Below are positions 13,495 through 27,226 of a stretch of DNA of 64,000 nt, one piece after another. The notes beneath the pieces are model-generated. The model was not told the origin of the DNA. It did no database searches and saw nothing but the letters and a program-made list of their open reading frames with translations. The DNA lies in assembly GCF_009914755.1 (NCBI RefSeq), contig NC_060932.1; one strand, given 5' to 3'. The DNA comes from the human T2T-CHM13v2.0 reference genome, Homo sapiens. The translations under genes were made by a program, and so were the position numbers. The number at the start of each line of letters is the position of its first letter. Within the stretch, counting starts at the first letter, position 1.

Positions 13495-15040
13495 TAATGT
13501 TCCTTAGAGTGGATTTCTTTATGTTTATTGTGTTTAGGTTTCACTTGACTTCTTGAACTCGAAAGTTCATGTTTATTTACAAATCTACAGTCTTCAGATG
13601 TATTTTCTTCTAGTAGTTTTTTAGGACTGAAAATATTAGATCTCTTATTATTGTTCCACAGGTACCTTAAACTGAGTTCATTTTTTTCCTATCAATTGTC
13701 TCTATTTTCATATTAGGTGCTTTCTATTGTTCTTTCTTTGTATTTACTGATATTTTTTCTTCTGTACCTTTATGTGTTCTTTTGAGTCAATCCTTTGTGC
13801 CTTTTATTTTGGTTATTGTATTTTGCAGTCCAAAAATTTAAGCTTTGTTCTCCTCTATATCTTGTTAGTTTGCTGACATTCTCTTTCTTTACCTGAAGAT
13901 TTTTTTTCATTTGTTTCATTTGTGTTAATTATTGTTTCTTAAAGCATTTTTTATAATGGCTGCTTTGAAATCTTTGACATAGATAATTCTAACACAGCTT
14001 TTATCTCAGTGCTAGAATTTACTAATTGTCTTTTGTCATTCACTTTGAAATCTTACTGGTTCTCAATTTGATAAATGATTTTGAATTTTAACCTGGAACC
14101 TTTTAGTATTATGTGTCTCAGGATTATACTTAAAATTTCTATGTTCATGGGTTTTTTCTAAAACCACTTTGGCAGGGCAAGGGGAGTGGGCCTTATTACT
14201 GACAGACGGAAGTGGAATTCTAGGTTTTCTACTTGGCCTACCTTGACATCTGATATTGGGGAATCTTTGTATTACTGCTATGCAGGGATTGTAATTACGA
14301 CTCTCCATGGAGTCTTCACTGACACTGTGGTAGTGTGGCCTCTTTACCTTTGGGTTACATCAAAGTCCTGACCCTTCACTAGGTTGCCTATGGCATGCCA
14401 CTATAGTGGGAGACATAAGCATCTAATTCTTGCTAATAGTTGGAGATCTGAGTTACCCCCATGTTCTTTACTGATGCTGGGGTGTCAGGGAGAGATCATT
14501 ACGGACTTTTTGAGATTTCAGTCCTGCTCCTTACTTCCTAATTGGCTTTCTCTGGCACCCCTCATGTGGGAGATTTTGGATGCCTTGCAAAGGTGGTTGT
14601 ATACACTCCCTACTCAGCGTTTGTTGGTTAGAATGTGGCCACACAATTATTTTATGCGATTTGGCTGGTAGAGAAGTTATTGCTTAAAATTATTGTGTCT
14701 TACTGAACCTTCTCTTTTTGATCCTTGGTAAGAGAGAGCAAGTTTTTATTTGGGCTGTTTTTTTTTCTTTTCTTTTCTTACTTTCTTTCTTTTTTTTTTT
14801 TTTTTTTGTCTTCAATCATGAGCATTTCTGGGCTTTTGGCTTCTTCAGCTCCAAATGTGGTATACACCTGGGCAACTCATCACCATGTCAACCTTCAGAT
14901 CTTGGAGTTTATACAGGGTTGTCTTCTTCTTTCTATCTTTCAGAATCTTGTTTATTTTATGTATAATATCCTGGATTTTCAGTTGCATTTAGTGGGAAGA
15001 TTAAGAAAAATGCATACACTTCATCTTCCTTAAGGTGGAA
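13495..15040 (-). mobile_element. Ancient L1M ORF1/5' region
   Basis: T-rich antisense ORF1-like sequence (gtggatttctttatgtttattgtgtttaggtttcacttgacttcttgaa; ataatggctgctttgaaatcttt). Confidence 0.55.
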
Positions 15041-15049
15041 ATCAGTAAA

Positions 15050-15930
15050 TTATTTTTAATAGACTTTTTTTATATAACAGTTCTAGATTTACAGAAAAAT
15101 TGGGAACATAGTACAGATAATTCATATATAGAGTAATATTTTAAACTGTCTCCCCTCTCATTAACACCTTACATTAATATTAGTATGGTGCAATTCTCAA
15201 AATTAATGTGTCAATATTAATATATTATTAGTAACTAAGTTCATAGTTTATTGAGATTTTATTAGTTTTAAGTAAGGCCTTTTTCTGTTTTAGGATCTTG
15301 TCTAGGATTCTATACTAATTTGCGTCATCATGTCTCCATAGATTCCCCTTGGCTATGACGATTTTTTAGCCTTTTCTTGTTTTTAATTACCTTGATAGCC
15401 TTAAAGGATATTGGTCAAGTATTTTGTAGGGTGCTCCTCTATTGAAATTTTTCTGGCATTTTCTCATGATTAGACTGGTGCTCAGGGTTTTTGGGAGAAA
15501 GACCATAAAGGTAAAGTGAGGTTTTTAGCACATCAAATCAAGGGTACGTGCTATCAACATGATTTATCACTGTAGATACTGATCTGGATTACCCAAAGTG
15601 TGACTTGTCTGAAGTAGGGTTTGCCAGAGTTCTCTAAAGTTAGGCTTTTGACCACTTTTCCATAATGTACTTTTTGGAAAAAAGTCAGTGGGCACAGTTT
15701 ATACATAAAGAGTGTGAATTTATATTCTCCCTGCCTAAGGGCAGAATATCTACATACATTATTTGAAATTACTCTGCATCAGAGATTTGTCTCTTTCCCT
15801 CATTAGTTTATTGATTTAAATATATATTTATATAATTATTTTCTACTATCAGCCATAATTCCTACCCTACTAATTTTGTTGTTCTATCTTTGGCCACTGG
15901 GAGCCCTTTCAATGGCCTCTGTGTCACTTT
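15050..15930 (-). mobile_element. L1MC-type 3' UTR fragment
   Basis: agttctagatttacagaaaaattg; ggtcaagtattttgtagg; ttctcatgattagactgg. Confidence 0.7.
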
Positions 15931-16175
15931 GAGATATGTATCTGTAAGGTATTTGGGGGTCAATGTTTTTTAAGTCTCTTCATCATTGAGACTTTCTTTC
16001 ACTCTATTTAACATGGCTATTCATTACGTTTTACATTTTGATAATCATATCTTGTTTTATAATTTTTCTTCAGTTTTATTCAATATTGTGCTTTTCATGA
16101 AATTGTATAATTTTTGAGTAGTATTTATATATTTTTTATTTTTATTTATTTCTTCAAGATTTTTATTTTATTAGT

Positions 16176-16334
16176 TTTTTTTTTTTAAGCACAGGATCTC
16201 ACTCTGTTGCCGAGGAAGGAGTGCAATGGCACTCTCATAGCGCACTGCAGCCTTAAACTACTAGGCTTAAGTGATCCTCCTGCCTCAGCCATCTGATTAA
16301 ATGGGATTACAGGCTTGGGCCACTCTGCCCAGCT
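16176..16334 (-). mobile_element. Alu monomer (FLAM-like)
   Basis: Poly-T plus a single antisense arm ending gggattacaggcttgggccactctgcccagc. Confidence 0.8.
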
Positions 16335-16531
16335 ATTTCTGTATTTTTAAACATGCTCATGTTATACTTATTCTAAATTGTTCAATGGATGCTAATTCTT
16401 TGGGGTTTTGTTCTAGCCTTTTTGGTAGGTTCATTTCTTGACATTGTTTTTCATTTTTTAAGGTAATCTTATCATAATCAGATGTCATTTTATTCATTTA
16501 TTATTCCTTCTCTCAGTTGTAGATGTGTTTC

Positions 16532-18287
16532 TGATGGCAGCAGTGGCCTGTTTGGAGTGGCTGCTGCAAAGATACCAGTTGCAGCAGGGGAGGTGTGGCT
16601 GGGGCTGCAGGCTCAGTGGAGCCAGGGGGAGCCAGGAACAGGCGGGGGCCCCGCCCTCTTCTGAGTTAGTGGGAAGGGGAGCCCCACACTCCTGGGTGCA
16701 GCTGCTGCCACCCAGCCACAGCTGCAGACCTAGGCATCTCTCAGGGGCCCAGGAAGCCCTTTGCCCCTGCAGGCTTGAAAGTGCCTGCTATTGTGGCCTG
16801 ACCTCTACCTACTCTCAGCAACTGCTCTGAATTTGGAGCAAAGTCACGGCCAAACCCAGGTGTTATCATGACCTCGCTATGTGTGCATATGCTCAGGGTG
16901 GCACTGACACCAGCCCCCTGCTGTGTCTGCCCCCTCCAAACTTTGGATGCCAATGATCATGAGAAGGAGGCCAAAGGGGAGCTGAGGGCAGCTTGGTGTA
17001 GGCCTTCAGACACTCCTTGGCATGAACAGCCTGGAAACTGTAGACAGGATGTTGATGACAGCAGGAGGCAGACAGGCTCCTGGGCCAAAAGGGGCAGGTC
17101 CCTGGTGAAGCCCCACTTTCAGGCCAGGATGGCCTGAAACCTGAAGGACAGACTGCCAGTTCTGGAGTGGACAGGAGTGCTAACTTATGGTACGTTTTCC
17201 AGGCCTGACCATGACTGCCTATGGACCAATCAGCATGCACTTCCTCCCTTGTGAAGCCCATAACAACCCCAGACTCAGCCAGACTTGGGCAGACATTGGG
17301 ATGACCTGCCTGCAGAAAGGAGCTACCCACTGTGGGTTTCTCTCAGCCAAGAGCTGAGCAGATGTCAAAATGACCTGCCTGCAGAGAAGAGCTATCCACT
17401 GAGTATCTCCTCTCAGCTGAGATCTGAGCAGAAGTCAGGACAACCTGCCTACAGTGAGGAGCTACCCACTGTGGGTCTCCTCTCTGCTGAAAGCTGTATC
17501 CTCATTGGGATGACCTGTCTGCAGGTAGGAGCTACCACTATGGTCTTGTTTCCACTGAGATTTGCAGATGTCAGGATGTCCTGCTTGTGGAAAGGAGCTA
17601 CCCACTTCAGGTCTCCTGAGAGCTGTACTGTAACTGAATAAAAGCATTTCTTCACCTTGCTCGCCTTCCAATTGTTTTTGTACCTCATTCTTCTTGGATG
17701 AGGGGCAAAAACTCGGGAACTGCCAAATGGCAGGACTGAAAGAGCTGTAACACAAACCGGGCTAAAACACACCCCCATGCTCTCTAGTGGCCATTGCTGG
17801 CCACTAGAAGGAGAAAAGAGAAGAGCTGCAGCTCTTTGGAAAGCCCATACCTGGGAGCTCCCCAGGCTAGGGATGTGACACCCTCTTTGGGGCTCTGCAG
17901 TTCCTGGCATCTCCAAGTTTTGGGGCACCACTGTATTCCCTGGTGAGAGCAGTGGAAGCTGCTTGCAGTACATCTGGTCAAGCTTCAGCCTCACAGGGAG
18001 CCAGTGCCCATGCAGGAACCTGGAGCTGCCCACCTAGCCAAAGCTAGCATGCCTGGCTGTGCCCAGTGACTGGATTCTGCGCTCATTTGTGCATGCACCC
18101 CTCACTGCTCTGCACCTGGTTTGCCCTTAGCAGTTGTGAGATCCAGGCTTGTAGCATGAGTTGAGTGCAGCCTGCCAGGCCGAGTGGGCAGAACAAGCCC
18201 AGAGAGCCTAAGCAAAACGTGGGCAAAGGCGCCATCATCCACAAACGTTTCTGGCTGGCAAAGTGACACCACAAGTATCTCATGATA
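16532..18287 (+). mobile_element. Complete solo LTR, MER52A-like (ERV1), 1756 bp, 4-bp TSD
   Basis: Abrupt GC-rich block starting TGATGGCAGCAGTGGCC and ending ...ctcatgata; TSD TTTC at 16528-16531 and 18288-18291; CCAAT at 17226 and AATAAA at 17637. Confidence 0.88.
17290..17625 (+). repeat. About 70-bp tandem repeat x5 inside the MER52-like LTR
   Basis: Core atgacctgcctgcaga.aggagctacccac at 17301, 17370, 17440, 17510 and 17576. Confidence 0.9.
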
Positions 18288-20034
18288 TTTCTACAAGTAG
18301 GTTTTTTGCTAGTTCTGCCAGAGTCCAATATATTTCCCACGTTCTGAATCAGTTTTTGCAGTAAGTCTTTTATGTAAATTCCTACACTTGAGTGTGTGAT
18401 AAAAGTGTTTATCTCTGGTTATAAAATCCATATCTATTTCATATTAAAGGCTTCAGTTTCCCTAAAAAAAGTAAGTTATTAAAACTTACAGTCATAGACA
18501 GATGACAAACATCATTTCATATTTCTAGCTAAGGTTAGGAAGGATGCAGGGTGGTTTGCTAGTTTATTTTTAAGGCACAAGACAGCACTTAAAAGTTTAG
18601 GCTTTTATTGAGAAATGCCAATTCCCAGTTCCTTTAGGGGAAGACACAAAGCCATCTCATCATCTCAGTCAATCAGATTCCATAGACAATAACCAGGTTC
18701 ATAACATACATGCTCTTCCCAGGATTTCAGCCTGCTGTTCCCTCGTTGGTTCTAGTTTGTTCTCTATTTCTAGCACTTGGTGGTACTTCACTCTCTTTAT
18801 TCCTAACTGTAATACAGAATCTAATTCCATTATGTATATTCGACCTCTAACATCTTCCAAGCCCAAGGCCTCCCTACACACCTCTTGTCTCACATCTCAG
18901 CAAGATAATTTAAAAGTCCACAGTCTCTCTCCCTTGGCTCTGGTGGAAAGTTCAAACCATGCATAATCCAGTCATGCCTGTAAGAACTGTAACTGCATAG
19001 CCACTCCAAAGCTTTCTTTTCTTTCCCAAGAAAACTGTACAGTGTGAGTAATTAATATTCTATATCCTCTTGATGCTTGAGTAACATTATCACTCTGAAT
19101 AATGAAACCATATTTTGGGTGAAGATTTTATCCTGCCTTTCATAGGGCAACCACAAGACACTAACCCACCTGGATTAGAAATAATTTTAGGGACAATAGC
19201 TTAGGAACAATTTTTAAATTAATTCATATTGTGATAGGGACCCACAAGTTATTCTACTATGTTGTTGAAAGTCAGTATATAAATATTTTTAATTCTGGTA
19301 GTTATCTTGGACAGGAAAAACAAACAATAAGCTATATTGCATTTCATCTATTATGTTGACAAATGAAAAAATAACAAACAAGATAATATGGAGTACAGAT
19401 AACATTGTAAAATGGTACTCTCCTATACTGCTCATGGGAGGCAGCCTACTTATTAATACCCGGCAGGAGACTTTACAGGGAGAAACACAGAAAAGATAGG
19501 GCAAAAAAGACCACAAGTGACCCTGGGGAAGGGAGAAAATAGGCCACAGGATACTTTTTAACATATCTTGAACTTTGAAAATGTAAATAAGAAATGGATA
19601 AAAATCAAAGAAACAATTTTTAGGCATATTCTAAAGTGTATATTATAATTGAGTGTAACATTGTATGATGTAAAACTTTGATTTTAAACCTCCCACCTTC
19701 CACAGCCCCTCCCCATCCACATACACACAGATATAGGGATCATACTTTTTTTTTTTTAAGAGAGTCAGCTCTGAAAGAATATACAAGAGTGCAAAGAATA
19801 AACCTCAATAACAACGATCTTGTACTTTAGACATTGAATTATAATTTACAGGCAAATCAAGGAAACAAAAGTATATTCAGACCCGATAAAAATGTCACCC
19901 CACAGTGCCACATCATTGTCATTCTGTTCACTGTAATTTCATATAGTGAGGCTAGTGAAGGAAGATTTTCTGTATTAATTTCCTGGTTTGTTAACAAGTT
20001 AGATTTGCATTTTCTTACTTTAAGTGAGTTGTGT

Positions 20035-20455
20035 TGTAAGTCAGTGTCTCTAGGAAATAGGCTGTGCTCCAGAGTCTTGCATGCAAGAAGTGTATTGCTT
20101 TCGGGAGTAACATCTATGGGACAGCAGAACAACAGAATTGGGCAGAGGGATAATTAGAACTGCATGTCATTGCCACAAAGACTTCAGCTGATACTACTAG
20201 AGCCCAGGTGGCTCTGCAGGGTTGTCCCGAATGGAAGGACACGACTAGGCCTTATATGATTTCCTCAGCTCCAAACCACCTCCTTGCTTCTGTGTTGGCC
20301 AGTTATCGGATGTGGGCTATATCACCAAAAGGAAACATAACCTTGGTGAGGTGCCTCTCTCAAACTGATCATTTCCTCAGAGGGACTCAGCTGAGAGATT
20401 ATAGTCCCAGTAGCTGGAGGAATGAGTACTTCAGTCCTGAGGGCAGTGAGGATTT
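20035..20455 (-). mobile_element. Ancient ERVL solo LTR (LTR16/LTR33-like)
   Basis: ttgcatgcaagaagtgtattg, gaattgggcagaggga and gttgtcccgaat resemble recalled LTR16-type consensus. Confidence 0.55.
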
Positions 20456-21080
20456 CTGAACCAGTTGAGATTTCTGTGATACTTTAAGTTTGATAAATTG
20501 AAATTAGAAATATTTGGACTCATTCCAAGTTCAGTGTAAAAGCACTCAAGGCTTTATCAGGCTTGTAACACTCCTTGGACCTTGGCTAATCCTTATTGGG
20601 AGAAAGAAGAGGAGATAAAACAATTTTACAGCTGTGCAGACTCTGAAATGCCTTAAGAGTGATGAGAACAATGTACGAAGTTCCTCACAATAAAGCCTTT
20701 TGCCAATTGAGTTCATATCTTGAGATTGCTGAGAAGGGATACCTGACAGATAGTATCTGCAAATGAATTCTTTAGAACAAGGTCACTTAGCAAGCAATGC
20801 ACGTGTATATGTATTAGTGACAGATGTATAGCAAGCACATAGAAATCAAAATGTTATATTTTGAAGGGAGAGGATAGTCAGTGGGGGAAATCTGTTAACA
20901 GAATAAATAGCCTCTTTTTTATTCATCTTAAAGAAAACTGGTCATAAATTTTTGCTTCACAAACAGAAGCGTATCTAACGTGGTTTATTACAGTGTCAGG
21001 TAATTATAAAACACGAAAAATGTTAATTTGACTTCTAGAGAATTATTGCATGAAAGGACAGTTTTTAAACAAGATTCGTT

Positions 21081-21105
21081 TGTGTGTGTGTGTGTGTGTG
21101 TGTGT
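21081..21105. repeat. (TG)12 microsatellite
   Basis: Direct reading. Confidence 0.95.
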
Positions 21106-22927
21106 TTTGCTTTTTCTTCTGTTTTAGTTATAATGTGCAATCAATAAATCAATAGAGACACATCTTTCAGGGCAACATTGTCACATGTCCAGCCCATGAA
21201 ATTGATCATTTAATTTCTGCTGAATCCCTTGACAATAAAAATTCTATATTTTAATGTGCAGGCTGATTCCCATGACTTCTTCCCTGGAAAATATGAAACG
21301 TACTACTGTAATTTTACACTACCCAGTATAAAGAAACTAAGATTTTGTTTTTCATTTTCATTTCATTTAATTATCTTGTACTCAGAAATATCCAGTGACC
21401 TATACTTGATAGTTCGTGTAAAATGAACGCATCAGATAGTAGAACATTAGAAAGCTGATGTAACATCAGCACATCTTAGTCATTGTTATGTGGACAAAAC
21501 AAATTGCATCCTGTCATGGCTGCCAAATGTTTTGGTAGAGATGGGATCATCAAGTTCAGCAGACGTGTTTTCTGTCTGTACAAAACAATTTAAGGTGGTG
21601 AAACAATTGTCACAATATGTTTATATAACATAAATGAATGTGAATGTGTTTAATAAAATAGTGCAAATCTCATTCATTCTAAATGTAATAGCACTAAAAA
21701 AAAGAGCAATACAAAACCTAGTTTTACTTCTTCCAAGTAAATGAAAAAGAAACAAAATAAGTAAAAGAAAAAGTTAATTAAAATATACACATGCATACAT
21801 GCTTTACAATTTTGTTTTTGGTTCAGTATTCATAATTTAACCCATAAATAATTTTTATTTTAATTCCAAGTTTAAAAGTAAATTTTAATAAAAAAGGAAT
21901 AATTACAAAGAGGAATTTTAGTGTATATCGTTTTAGTATTTAGCTTCTTTTATTTAAAAAAAGAGCCTTACTGCATATAAGAACGACTACATTGAAAACA
22001 ATATTTGCAGTTTACATCACATGTGAAACATTTATATAATTTATTACTTGTTTCAGTAATACATCACTGGAAATTTATTTTTTTTAATGTCGGTGTTAGA
22101 GGTTCAAAAACAAAGTCACTGTCTCTACTACTGTGTATACACCTATATACCTATCCATATTGATATATTTTAGCCTACATTTACCTACAAACATACATTT
22201 TACATGCTCATATGCACATCCACATGCTTCTCTTTTTACTCAACTCAATGGAGTTGGTCAGGTAAGCTTCCTACATGAAGTGAAATATCGGAAGGCACAG
22301 TAAGTTAAGCTTTGACAGATTTAAAGTGCTACTCCAACCATGTGTAAGATTGTTTTATATAACATAAAACATTGTGTATTATCTATTTCTTGAATTCCTC
22401 TTAATCCTACCTGCCTTTGAATTTCCTGACCACTGTCCATTTTGGACAATGGTACTGATGGTTTTCCTCTGCTCATAAAACTTTACCGTTTATCTTCTTT
22501 GATATCACTACTCCAATCTTCATTTACTGAACTGCAGTTTTTTCATGACCTGACATCTCCTCATGCCCGATGGCTAAAAGTCACAGTGGCACGCCCTTCT
22601 CAGGCCACAGGAGTAAGGTATGTGACCAAGACAAGTTGCTGTAAATAATAGTGACCTGCCTTTCCTAGACCATAGGAGTACATCATGTCTGTCAGATAGA
22701 AAATGTATCCTCTTGGCCAAAGTATTGGGCTTGGGGTTAGATAAATTAACGTAGATAAATTAACTGGGTATGTCCAGTGAAAACCATTTAATGTGTTCAA
22801 TTTATATTCTCTGAGAAAGATAAGACATTTTAAGTAGTTGAATTAGGAAGCCATTGGAATGTGACTTGGGGTTGCAAATAGTTGCCACTTTCCCCAGGCA
22901 TTCAGAACCTCTTAAAGAATGAAGTCA

Positions 22928-23673
<746 letters not shown>

Positions 23674-23944
23674 CCCTTCTATTCTTAACACAGCTTGAGT
23701 TGAGCTTTAATTACCTATGGCACTAAAGTGATTCTTAATGAATACACACTTCACATCAAGAAAACATTTCATGGGTAGGAAATAGGCTGAATTTTTTTAA
23801 GAAATTGCTAAAGATACAGCAAACATTTACAGAACATCATTATCTAGGTGTACTGACATGATCACAGTATCCAGCGAGGTGACAATTTATGGGTGAGAGA
23901 TCTTAAGTTTAAGTAGAGAGTCTTCCAGTGTGTATTGAAGACTA

Positions 23945-24550
23945 TGAGTTTTGTAAAATGTAAGTCAGATGTTTATTTCTCTGCTCAAAATCTTCCATCA
24001 TGAAGTAAAACTATGACTTTCTATGCTTTTATCCATCCTTCTTATGTATTTTCCTGTATCTCCAACTTCATACTTTGTATCCCTCTCACTTTCTTACTCT
24101 GTTCCAGCCACACTGGCCTCCTTTCTATGTGTATAACACATTAGAAAAACTCATGCTTGGGTCTTTGTACTTGCTCTTCTCATATGCCTTCCAGAATGTT
24201 CTTCCTATAGGTATCTACAGGATTGTCTCTTTCATTACATTCGTGAATGCTACTAAAATTTCAGATTTCTAAAGGACTTTCTTAATTATTTTAATTAAAT
24301 ATCACATACTCACATTTTCTTACCTTCGCTGCTTGATTTCTCATCCTTCAGCACTAATCGCTATGTAATATTTTTATTGATTATTTATACTGCTTATTGT
24401 ATGTCTTTTCATAAAAGTGTGTATTATACATAACAGCTGTAATATGGACTCATCTTTTTTTGCTTTAAAAAATTTGTGGTATCCTTGATACCTAAATTAG
24501 TGGCTTAGCATAATATGTGCTCAATAAATTTGTTGAAATAATGGATGAGA
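23945..24550 (+). mobile_element. L2 (L2a-like) 3' end
   Basis: aaaatgtaagtcagat...ctctgctcaaaa; ttccagccacactggcctcctt; terminal gtgctcaataaatttgttgaa. Confidence 0.8.
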
Positions 24551-24749
24551 ATGAGATTTGAAATCAGAATACACCACAATTAAGTACCTGTCCTATGATT
24601 TATAGAGTGGTGATAGCAGAAAAACTATTTTGCTTGTGTGAACTTAAGACTTGTCATTTACATAGAAGTAGTCTTACTGTCCTTCTAATATATTTATTGA
24701 TATATAATGGACATGCTGTCATTTGCACATATCTCAAATGTATATTTTG

Positions 24750-25790
24750 ATAAGTCTGTGACCCATCCCTCTCTTCTTTTATGTACTAACATCCAGACAA
24801 TCACTGATATTTTTTAGGTTATATAAATTTGCAATTTCTAGGATTTCAAATAGATGAAATAATACATTATGCACTCATTTTTTTTTCTGTTATCTTTAAC
24901 TATTTAAGAAACTACCAAAAAGTTTCCCAAAATGACGGTAGCATCTTACATTCTTACCTACAGTAGGTGAGAGTTCCACTTTTTCCACATCCTCGCCAAC
25001 ACTTGGTATGGCCAGCCATTTTAATTTTAGGTATTCTCATAGTTGTATTGTGGCATCATATTGTAGTTTTTAACTTGCATTTCCAAATGACTAGTGATGT
25101 TGAACATTTTTTTATGTTTGCCAGATATACATCTTATTGAGTGAAATGTGTATTCAAAACTTTTGCTAGTTAAAGACAATTAATTTGTTTGTTTTCTTGT
25201 TGTTGTATTTGAGAGTTATTCAAATATTTTGGATGTAAGTCCTTCACTGTATTGATGCTTTGTGAAGATTTTTTCCAGTCTAAGGCTTTTCACTTAATTC
25301 TATTAACACTGCAATAAAATTTAATCTATTACTTTATTGATTTATGGGTGATCGTGTTCAAGAAATCAAAGAAATCCTTCAGTAATTTAATGTCAAATTT
25401 AGAAGGCCAACTTAGAAGGCTTATAGGTTTAAGTTTTATACTTAGGTCAGTGATCCATTGTGAGTTACATTTTGGAAATGGTGAGAGTTATAAACCAATG
25501 TTTTTGTTGCTGTTGTTGAAGTAGGGATATCTAGCACCCTTTGCTGAAAAGATTATTCTTTCCCAACTGATTTGCTTTTGTACCTTTATCAACAATCAGG
25601 CTCCATAAATGTGTGGGTATATTTCAAGACCCTCTATTGTGTCGTGTAGAAATATAACATTGCACTGCCTTGACTACTGTTTCTTTACAATAAGCCTTGA
25701 CATTATATTGTGTTAGTATTCCAATATTTTTATTTTTAAAAAATCGTTTTGGTTATTCTAGATCTTTCAAATTTCTATATAATTTTCTAT
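24750..25790 (-). mobile_element. Old L1M (MB/MC-like) 3' UTR and ORF2 fragment
   Basis: ttccacatcctcgccaacacttggtat; ttgcatttccaaatgactagtgatgttgaacatt. Confidence 0.8.
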
Positions 25791-26722
25791 CTAGATTCTA
25801 GAATATGATAATATTTAGGTAAAAATAAAAAATATAGGGTGATTACAAATCATAGAAATACATACTTAAGGTACTCATTAACATTAAAAAGCTGTTAATA
25901 TCATGGTCAGAACCTAATAATTATGATGATAATGATGGAATAGATACTAATTTGAATCATTTTCAAATAAATATTTTTAAAATATAAAAAATATCAAGAG
26001 CACTGTGGCACTGTGGGTCTGGCATATTTCAATCTTCTTTCAACCTGTTTTTAATGTATATGTATGTGTTTATAAACACACACACATATACATGCAAAAA
26101 TAAAAAACATTATTTTATATTATATTATTAATGGTATACTTTTTCACAGGTAATATTACAAAAATCTCTTTCATAACAAGTATGATTTTTTAATGTAGTT
26201 AATAATCAATGCTTGTGGTTTAGTTTCATTCCTCTGTTGTCTACAAGGTTGATATTCATATATTTCATTACTAGTAGCCATTACCCTCTAGCTTCTGGTT
26301 TAATCAAAAGGAAATGTGCAAGTGGAAGACTGGATTTGGGGGGTGAGATATTGTGATGTTTCTTCACTTTGGATCTTGGTGATGGACTTACTCTGTTCCA
26401 TTTCAAGATTCCAGCTACCTCTGGATCCAGTAACACCATCTTCTACTATTTCTTCAGGTCTAGTGAAGGAAATGGCATCTGGCTGTCGATTGTCCTTGGA
26501 TAATTCAATATCTGTTGTCTGTTCTCTTAACTCTTTCTACTAGTCTGTTAATAATATCTTCATTAAATTATCTTCAGAATTTTAGATTTATTTGTCTATT
26601 ATTTTGTTGGGACACTGACTAATATAACACACTTGGAAGAAAGTTTTATAATATTACATATAATGAAATTGACACTCTCAAGTTTAAATAAACTATTTAG
26701 ACTTCCATAATGTGTTAGATGT

Positions 26723-27226
26723 TGTAAAATGTAAAGATATGAGGATGAAAACACTTTTGTTACACCCAGACAAAATAGATCCAGGAAGGCACAAAAAGGA
26801 GTGTTGTGCTTATATGTCTGAGATAAGAACTGTTTCCAAGGACTTTTTAAAAATGTCACAGAAAACCCTTTTACACCCTTCACACATCTTCTGCTTTGAC
26901 AAGGTCCATCACTGGACATTCTTTGGGACTGCAGTAATTCAAATAAGATGTTGCTCTCACAAGAATACTTTCCCAATAATGGCATCTCCATCAATAAACT
27001 GACAACTCTATCTTTGAGTCTCTGGAACCAGTTAACTTAGTTTCTTGCTTATGTGAAACTTTCCCATTTTGCTAATAAAAGCGTCTATTTATTATTCTTC
27101 TCCAGATGTACTGCTGGTAATTCCATGCATTCCAGATTATAATCCTTATTTCTCATTTGTGAGTAAACTTAACATATTTGGATATAATTTTCTCTGATGT
27201 TCCTTTTTTAGGTTGACAGGTTGACA
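26723..27226 (+). mobile_element. ERV1-class solo LTR (MER67/MER34-group-like)
   Basis: TG...CA termini (tgtaaaatg ... tttttaggttgaca) and an internal AATAAA; terminal ggttgaca is duplicated. Family name is from recall only. Confidence 0.6.

Noticed and set aside
17290-17625. CRISPR-like look: a conserved ~30-nt core recurring every ~70 nt
   Set aside because: The intervening segments are homologous to each other, the array lies inside a primate ERV1 LTR, and there are no cas genes.
16893-18033. 145-aa and 194-aa minus-strand ORFs
   Set aside because: Antisense readings of the GC-rich MER52-like LTR and its tandem array; no recognisable domain.
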